From Piedraia hortae CBS 480.64 (lineage: Eukaryota), in contig MU005965.1 in NCBI GenBank assembly GCA_010093745.1, positions 62,001 to 126,000 on the forward strand: DNA of 64,000 nt. The letters run 5' to 3'. The translations under genes were made by a program, and so were the position numbers. The notes beneath the pieces are model-generated. The model worked only from the letters and a program-made list of their open reading frames with translations. It searched no databases and was not told the DNA's origin. Below are positions 57,365-64,000 of the stretch, piece after piece. How positions within the stretch are numbered: position 1 is the first letter of the stretch; every line of letters begins with the position of its first letter.

Positions 57365-59545
57365 CTACTTCATAACAACATACTGATCACTCCTGTACCA
57401 GCCTTCGGGAGTATTACCCTGCTGCGCATAAACCGCCGTATGATTATCATACCTCAACAGTGAAGGCCGACAGGCCATTCCAGCTGCAGTTTGCTGTGTG
57501 TGATGGTATGCCCAAGTTGCCAGCTGTGTGCTGTTTTGGTCGTAGTTATAATCACAGACGTAATATAGCTCTGGGCTGCTGCACAACAATGTTCCAGGCA
57601 CACAAGGCAGGTAGCTTGAAACGTCGCTGGCGCGAACGTAGTCGAGGCCCGTGCTGTTGGAGTTGCTGCCTGTAGGGAGGGGTGGTGTTGCTGCACTAGG
57701 CTCTACCGGAGTTGCCGTTGGGTCGGTAGGGGCGCTATCGGTAGGGGATGGTAAATTGCTGCTTGTTGGGAGGTTGCTATCGCTTGGGAAGCCGGGTAGG
57801 GTGTCGGTTGGACTGTCGCTAAGCGTAACGTTTGAGTCGGTTGGAGTTGCAGCAGGATCGGTGGGAGTGGCGTCAGTGGGAGTAGAGTTTGTGGGAACGG
57901 CATCGCTGGGGGTGGCATCAGTTAGAGTGGCATCAGTAATAGATGGGATGCCACTGTCGATTGGACTGGCAGATGGCGTATCAGTTGGAAGGCCGCTTGT
58001 AGAGACCTCTGCGCTGGCTGATGGGCCATCACTGGGCTCCGGGTCAGACGGAGCATCAGTCGGGAAGCCCGCGGTTGGACCAGCAGTAGAACCAGCCGCT
58101 GGGCCATAGGTGATACCAGAGAGTGTAGAGTTCCAGCCATACGGAGGTGCAGCGCCGGTAAGAGTTGTCGTAGGAGCCGTACCCAACACATCGATGGAGG
58201 TAGCGGAGCCAATGTCGGTAGAGCCACTGTCAGTCTCCTCTGGAACGTCTGATCCAGTAGGGTCGTCTGGAGCGTCGGTAGCGGTGGCAGTAGGATCAAC
58301 AGTAGCATCCTGTGTAGTCGTGCTATTGCTCCATGGTCCGCCGGTTGGGATGGGAATGTAGAACGAGCCGCTCGCACCAGTGCCACCAGTTGCATGGATA
58401 ACGTCAGTCCCCATGGACACTACAGTGGTATCGGACGGCATTTCGGGCGAATCTGGGACAACCATGCTGGTCGCCTCAGGCAAGGAGCTCTGAGAGACAG
58501 TGTCGGTAGCTGAAGTGATGGCCTCCGTAGCGTCTCCCGAGGCATCCGTAGGGTCCGTAGCGTCTCCCGAGACATCCGTAGGGTCCGTAGCATCTCCGGA
58601 GACATCAGCAGGATCCGTAGCGTCAGCCGAGTTATCGGTGGATGCGGGGTCCGCAGTAGCTGTTGCATCTGCAGTGGTTGTCAATGCGTTGTCACGCCTC
58701 ATGAGCGGAGTTGCAGTTGGGGCAAGCACAACCGAATATCCCCCATCTGGTATCGATAAGAATTCATAGTGCCTCTTTTGTACCGGTAAGTCGTCCTCCA
58801 CGCCGGTGGGTTCCTCGTCCACAATACCAACATCACGTTTCACCTTCTCAGGTTCGTCACAGACACCTGGAGTTGGCATCTTGTTCCGAACAGAAGGCCC
58901 ATATTCCACATCAGGTCCCGGGTGCGGATACACAACTTCGACGCCGGCCTTGGTCTTGCACTGGTTGTGGCCTTGGATGTTGGCTTTCCAAATGTAGGGC
59001 AGATTGTTGAACTGGCTGGACGCGGTCCTTCGCTGTTTTGGCGACGAGCGTTCTGTCGTTATACGGACCGGGGCGCAGTTCATATAAAAGTCTTGCTCGC
59101 CTCGGAGATTCTGCCAGGTCCAGGCCAAAAGCATATCGCCGGCAGGTGTGTAAGAGGGAACAGTGAATTTGTAGCTTCGGTCTAATGGACAACCGCCAAT
59201 GATGCTCTTGATGACGCGGAACGTCGCACCGTTATCGTTGGACAAGGCAATTTGGCAAGAGCCTCCGCCAAGGGGGTCGTTTCCAACCAGAGTAATGTTG
59301 TAAGTCGATCCGGCTGCATAGGTAGCCGATGGTGTCAAAGGCTGGGCTTGGTGATAGTGCTTGCAGGGAAAGTCGGAGCCATCATGTTTCAATGGTGCCT
59401 GCGTACTGAAGTCGACCTGACTCTTGCCATTGGCAGCATTGAGCCTGCTTTGGAAGGGATATGGCCAGCTCATCTCCATATTACCCCATGCGGAAGAACA
59501 CAGAAACAAAAGGCTGTAAAACACTGGCATCTTGGAAGAGGCCAT
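57365..59545 (-). CDS. Secreted AA11 LPMO-like protein lacking the His brace, with a long S/T/P/D linker and a Cys-rich C-terminal module
   Basis: Signal peptide then NMEMSWPYP; DFPCK, GGGSCQ, VIKSIIGGCP, LAWTW, FYMNCAPV. Start is 59545 or 59530. Confidence 0.85.
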   Translation of the reverse strand: MASSKMPVFYSLLFLCSSAWGNMEMSWPYPFQSRLNAANGKSQVDFSTQAPLKHDGSDFPCKHYHQAQPLTPSATYAAGSTYNITLVGNDPLGGGSCQIALSNDNGATFRVIKSIIGGCPLDRSYKFTVPSYTPAGDMLLAWTWQNLRGEQDFYMNCAPVRITTERSSPKQRRTASSQFNNLPYIWKANIQGHNQCKTKAGVEVVYPHPGPDVEYGPSVRNKMPTPGVCDEPEKVKRDVGIVDEEPTGVEDDLPVQKRHYEFLSIPDGGYSVVLAPTATPLMRRDNALTTTADATATADPASTDNSADATDPADVSGDATDPTDVSGDATDPTDASGDATEAITSATDTVSQSSLPEATSMVVPDSPEMPSDTTVVSMGTDVIHATGGTGASGSFYIPIPTGGPWSNSTTTQDATVDPTATATDAPDDPTGSDVPEETDSGSTDIGSATSIDVLGTAPTTTLTGAAPPYGWNSTLSGITYGPAAGSTAGPTAGFPTDAPSDPEPSDGPSASAEVSTSGLPTDTPSASPIDSGIPSITDATLTDATPSDAVPTNSTPTDATPTDPAATPTDSNVTLSDSPTDTLPGFPSDSNLPTSSNLPSPTDSAPTDPTATPVEPSAATPPLPTGSNSNSTGLDYVRASDVSSYLPCVPGTLLCSSPELYYVCDYNYDQNSTQLATWAYHHTQQTAAGMACRPSLLRYDNHTAVYAQQGNTPEGWYRSDQYVVMK
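58522..58625 (-). repeat. 30-nt coding tandem repeat (DATDPTDVSG, about 3 units)
   Basis: Repeated ccgtagcgtctcccga units. Confidence 0.85.
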
Positions 59546-59989
59546 TTTGCCAAAAAAAAAAAACAAAAAAAAAAACGAGTGGATGAACTAGGAGATTGGA
59601 GACGGGAAACAAGAAGATATACTGTGAAAAAGTGCCAACTGCAGCCTAACTGTTGTTCTCCGATTGCAGGAGCCATATTGTCATCTTGAGCTGGGAACAA
59701 AGCCATGCGTGGCTGCTAGGATTTGCCTGCTCGGGTACCGATCATACTTCACGACTAACAGGCTGTTCCTGTTAGGAGTTTAGTAGGGGTTAGTCATCTC
59801 GAATTAGAAAGCGGTTGCCTTCAGCCACGTCGCACAGGCTGCGACACCAACGGATGCAGGAGCACTGTGGGAGATCCTGTGTTGACACAATTCCTTGAGG
59901 CTTTTGGCGGTTGGGATTGATGATTTATGGATGGGAATCAACAATTGATGGCTTGACGAATTGGGATCTGATGGGCCGCAGTCGGGAGC

Positions 59990-60020
59990 TGACGTTGACG
60001 TGGACGTTGACGTTGACGTC
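59990..60020. repeat. (GACGTT)x5 array containing CRE-like TGACGT sites just upstream of MHF1
   Basis: tgacgttgacgtggacgttgacgttgacgtc, followed by A to give TGACGTCA. Confidence 0.8.
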
Positions 60021-60066
60021 AAACCAACACTAACCAAATTCATCCAACATTAACCATTATCAACCA

Positions 60067-60366
60067 ATGGCAGAAGAGGACAAGACGTCGCAGCTCAAGT
60101 CGGCGCTCTGGTTCTCCATCGGCCAGACGGTCGATGCGGTCGGCATGACGCAAGATTGCAATGCATCTCCCCATTTTATTGGCGGGTTGAGCGAATTGGT
60201 GTGGGCGCAAATCGAAAATGCGGCGTGCGATCTGGAAGCTTTTGCGCGTCACGCAGGGCGCAGCACCATATGCGATAAGGATGTTATTCTGTTAGCCCGC
60301 AGAAACGAGGGTCTGGAGCGCGTGCTGAGCACAACGGCCGACGAGGTGAAGAAAGGGAAGCGGTGA
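60067..60366 (+). CDS. MHF1: CENP-S/MHF1 histone-fold protein
   Basis: LKSALWFSIG..DLEAFARHAGRSTI..DVILLARRN. Confidence 0.93.
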   Translation: MAEEDKTSQLKSALWFSIGQTVDAVGMTQDCNASPHFIGGLSELVWAQIENAACDLEAFARHAGRSTICDKDVILLARRNEGLERVLSTTADEVKKGKR

Positions 60367-60421
60367 GCAGAGACGGAGCACATATCAACGCGGGCAATTC
60401 TAACTATCCATCTCTCTACGA

Positions 60422-61392
60422 TTACTGCTTGTCCGGGAAGCCCAAGTTCACACCAAAAGGAGGGTAGATGAAACGCGTCACGCCCTTCTTCTTGTGCAGT
60501 CCATTCAGCTTCTCCATGTCAGACTCATCAAGCTTCACTGTCTTCAAGTTCTCCTCAATGCGAGACGGCGTGACCGACTTCGGCAAGACCACGAGGCCGC
60601 GGTTAACTAGAAAGTCAGCATTGTCTCCATTCAACCTCGCACATCATTACCTTGATAGCTGATGCAAATGGTTCCGGGTCCAACATTGTGCTTCTTTGCC
60701 ACCTCGTTCAGAGCATCTTCCGAAAACAAAGGGCTTCCCGAACTTCCCAGCGGACTGTAGGCCTCGACGATGATGCCCTTTACGTTGCAGTATTTGATGA
60801 CATCGTCTTGCGGCAAGAGGGGGTGGTTCTCAATCTGATTAGCCGCCGGCGTGATTTCACACTGGGGCAGTAGCTCTTCGAGGAACTTGACAGAGTAATT
60901 GCTCACTCCAATGGCTTTTGTCTTGTTCGTCTTGGGAAGCTTCTCCATGGCCTTCCACGTCTTGACATGTGTCCACTCCTTGTCAAGGTCCCTGCTGCCA
61001 TCGGGAAGCTTTGGGGCAATGGGATCATTACCACTGGGATTCATCGGCACGGGCCAATGCATCAGGAAGAGATCAACATATTCCAAACCGAGGCGCTTCA
61101 GACTCTCGTCAAGACATGCCTCTGGAGTGCGGTGATAGGTGCACCACAGCTTGGTCGTTACAAAGACATCCTCACGCTTGCACACGCCAGCATCAAAGGC
61201 GGCCTTAAGGCCCTTACCGACCTCTACCTCATTGCCATAAACAAAGGCAGCATCGATGTGGCGATAACCACACTTCAAGGCCGTTTCGACCGCAGCCGTA
61301 ACCTCCCCAGGACCGCTCTGCCACGTCCCCAAGCCAACGGCGGGAATTGTGGCTCCCGTGTTGAGAGTAAAAAAGTGTGGGACGTCTGACAT
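60422..61392 (-). CDS. Aldo/keto reductase (Gcy1/Ypr1/AKR1A-like)
   Basis: IPAVGLGTWQS, GYRHIDAA..Y, TTKLW, LMHWP, LPKSVTPSRIEEN; intron 60607-60650. Confidence 0.93.
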
Positions 61393-61959
61393 CTTTTCTG
61401 GATAGAGGATGGAATTGGGTGTACGGTCAAGAATGAATTTTGCCAATGCTGGGTTCATGAAAACTCCGTCATCGAAGCACGACACAAATGACGTTATGCC
61501 AGGCCAACCTCTGCCCTTGACCACCCCGCCCTTACCCCACCACCCCGCCTTCTGGTTGACATTTGATGACAGCCCATGATGACACGTTGCCAATTCTCTG
61601 CTATACTCATGGATTTGGTGCCTGACTGACGCTGTCCCCGTTCGGACTTTGCAAGAGACGGTTGAGACGCATCCGTCAGTCACCGGACAAATGAGAAGCC
61701 AAGGGAGAAAGTTTCGCCGACGCGGAACGGAAAAAGGAGAAACAAGCTCTCCGGTGCCCTGCCCCATCCAGTCTAGCCCCTCCGAACGGAGCCCAAAAGA
61801 CGCATAATCAGGACGAAAGTTTTTCCGGCTCCGCCAGTTATATCGAAACTGACAAGCATCTGACACGCATGTTCTGTGGGTACAGCTCAGCTGCTCCGCT
61901 TATAATCGAGTCAATGTCATCATCCATGGCCCCCAATTCGCTTTCCTTTGAGTTGCAAG

Positions 61960-62904
61960 ATGTCCCCCGCCATTACCGATGATACTTTCAACACATCACG
62001 AGACGGTCAGGCTCTCGAGGAGGTTTCTGATGCAATCGACACTGTCAACGTGCTCAAGGCCAATCTGTATTCTGATGAAGCCCCTAAATTCGCCCACGGC
62101 AAGACTGCCTCGGAATTCCGCCAATATGAAGACGCCTGCTCCCGAGTAAAGAACTTTTACCAAGACCAGCACACAAACCAAACGTATGCTTATAATGTAG
62201 CCGCACGCAAAGCATTCCACTCCCGCGTCCGCGCCAGAATGACAATCTGGCAGGCCATGGAGAAGCTTAACACATTGATAGACGAGAGCGACCCCGACAC
62301 AGACCTCAGCCAAATTGAGCACCTGCTCCAAAGCGCAGAAGCGATTCGACGGGACGGCAAACCGCGCTGGTTCCAGCTTACTGGTCTGATCCACGATCTA
62401 GGGAAACTTCTTTACTTCTTCGATGCTCAGGGACAATGGGATGTTGTCGGTGACACTTTTCCCGTTGGCTGTGCGTTTGATGAAGACTCCATCATCTACC
62501 CCGGCAGCTTTGAAAACAACCCTGACATGAAACACGAGGTTTATTCCACGAAGTATGGGGTTTACGCTCCGGGATGTGGAATGGACGAAGTGCTGCTGTC
62601 CTGGGGACATGACGAGTACCTCTACAACGTTTGCAAAGAGCAGAGCACACTACCCGAGGAAGCGCTGGGGATCATCAGATACCACTCCTTCTACCCATGG
62701 CATACCGCGGGAGGGTACGGTTGGATGATGAACGAAAAAGACGAGAAGATCCTGAAGGCAGTAAAAGCATTCAACCCCTACGACCTGTACAGCAAAGCGG
62801 ACGGCTTACCCGACGTGCAAGAACTAAAAGCATACTACATGGACCTAATTAACGAGTTCTTCCCACCACGTGAAGGTGAGACGGAGAGAATTCTCGAATG
62901 GTAA
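61960..62904 (+). CDS. MIOX: myo-Inositol oxygenase
   Basis: DESDPD, HLLQSAEAIR, LIHDLGK, QWDVVGDTFPVGC, SWGHDEY, RYHSFYPWH, DLYSK. Confidence 0.96.
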   Translation: MSPAITDDTFNTSRDGQALEEVSDAIDTVNVLKANLYSDEAPKFAHGKTASEFRQYEDACSRVKNFYQDQHTNQTYAYNVAARKAFHSRVRARMTIWQAMEKLNTLIDESDPDTDLSQIEHLLQSAEAIRRDGKPRWFQLTGLIHDLGKLLYFFDAQGQWDVVGDTFPVGCAFDEDSIIYPGSFENNPDMKHEVYSTKYGVYAPGCGMDEVLLSWGHDEYLYNVCKEQSTLPEEALGIIRYHSFYPWHTAGGYGWMMNEKDEKILKAVKAFNPYDLYSKADGLPDVQELKAYYMDLINEFFPPREGETERILEW

Positions 62905-62975
62905 AACCATAATGACATTAACAAATCCAAACAAAACACATCCACACCATCGCCTTTCATAAACCCATATCCACA

Positions 62976-63386
62976 TCAATACCCATACTGAACCGTCGAC
63001 CCAGAATGGTTATCCCTCCTCTCATAGAACCCTCCTTTTCCCCCATACGCACCCGCCGACGCAGCAGCATACGAATCTCTCGATCCGGGACCAGAGTACG
63101 CGTGTCCACCATTATACCCTCCCCCTCCTCGCGCACCACCGGCAGCACCCTGTAGAATCATCGAATTCCGCTCCCTCACATGTCGCATGTATTCATTCTG
63201 AGCCGGTCCGCGCTCGGTATCGACCGACCCACCGTAGCCGTGTTTCCACCAATTCGACATGCTTGCGTGGTTGTTCGCTGACGATGACGAGTCGCCGCGG
63301 TTATACAGCCACATGAACGCTCCCACGATGGCCATTAGTGCTGCGGCCAGCACGATGCAGAGGAGCACGATTGCTGAGTGATTCAT
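62976..63386 (-). CDS. Small single-TM hypothetical protein
   Basis: 136-aa ORF with an N-terminal hydrophobic helix, QNEYMRHVR and a G/Y-rich tail. Confidence 0.65.
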   Translation of the reverse strand: MNHSAIVLLCIVLAAALMAIVGAFMWLYNRGDSSSSANNHASMSNWWKHGYGGSVDTERGPAQNEYMRHVRERNSMILQGAAGGARGGGGYNGGHAYSGPGSRDSYAAASAGAYGGKGGFYERRDNHSGSTVQYGY

Positions 63387-64000
63387 CGTGAATCGATGCC
63401 CTTGTTTTAGATGTCCCTGCTGTAGCTATTCCCCTATGATAGCTATCCTCCTGCTGTAGAAATGCCCAGCGATATCTCTCCCAGCTTAGCTATGCCCGGC
63501 GATAGATATTCTCTCCTAGCAATCCCCTCGTTTATCCCACTCTCTTCGAATCGCCAGCCCCTCAACTTCCAACGAGTGGTGTCCCAACAAGAGAACGGGA
63601 GGTGTTTGTAGGAAGGATGTGGTATGCTTATCGTGCTGAAGCACACGTGCGGGGGTCTATTTCTTTTTTTTTTTTTATATCTTTTAGCTAATCGACTAGG
63701 CCTGGTTGGGATACTGCATCTGCAGCCTTGCGGATGACGCGCGTCGCGTTCAAGCAACCCCGCGGTGCCGAGGTTAAAGATATCGAACTCCCACGGCTGT
63801 TCACAATTGGGATGCCACCACCTTCGTTTCACATCCTGTTCGTTGAGTGAGGTGGGCATTAGTCAGCTAAGTTTTGATGAAGGATGTCGTCTTTGACGTG
63901 TGTCATGTGGTTGCGCGTCGAAATGGCGTTCATGTGTATTCATCGGCAGGGAGCATAGAGTCGTTCCACGACAGAATGCATAGAGCAATATCTAGAACCT

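Overview
Eukaryotic DNA from a filamentous ascomycete with a compact genome (GT-AG introns of 44-64 nt with CTAAC/CTGAC branch points, very short intergenic spacers, two N gaps). Blocks of conserved genes (Mfg1/PtaB-like, GH63-like, ARH1, ASST, RCN1, SEC6, MRPL33, SDH8, LeuRS, CWC2, MFS, ATO-family transporter, MHF1 and others) alternate with three repeat-rich accessory blocks (about 6.4-16.7, 27.1-32.9 and 41.4-53.9 kb). These blocks hold an F-box/LRR-like family with one intact gene and several decaying copies, transposon relics, and shuffled non-coding modules. Main leads: (1) a candidate myo-inositol/D-glucuronate catabolic gene set (divergent MIOX and AKR, plus a polyol-type MDR and a KduD-like SDR); (2) an AA11 LPMO homologue that has lost both copper-binding histidines; (3) recurrent kb-scale switches from C/A-rich to G/T-rich composition that ignore gene orientation; (4) a palindrome-rich dispersed repeat and module-shuffling system tied to F-box gene turnover. 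Family calls come from remembered motifs, not database searches. No tRNA, rRNA or CRISPR array was found.
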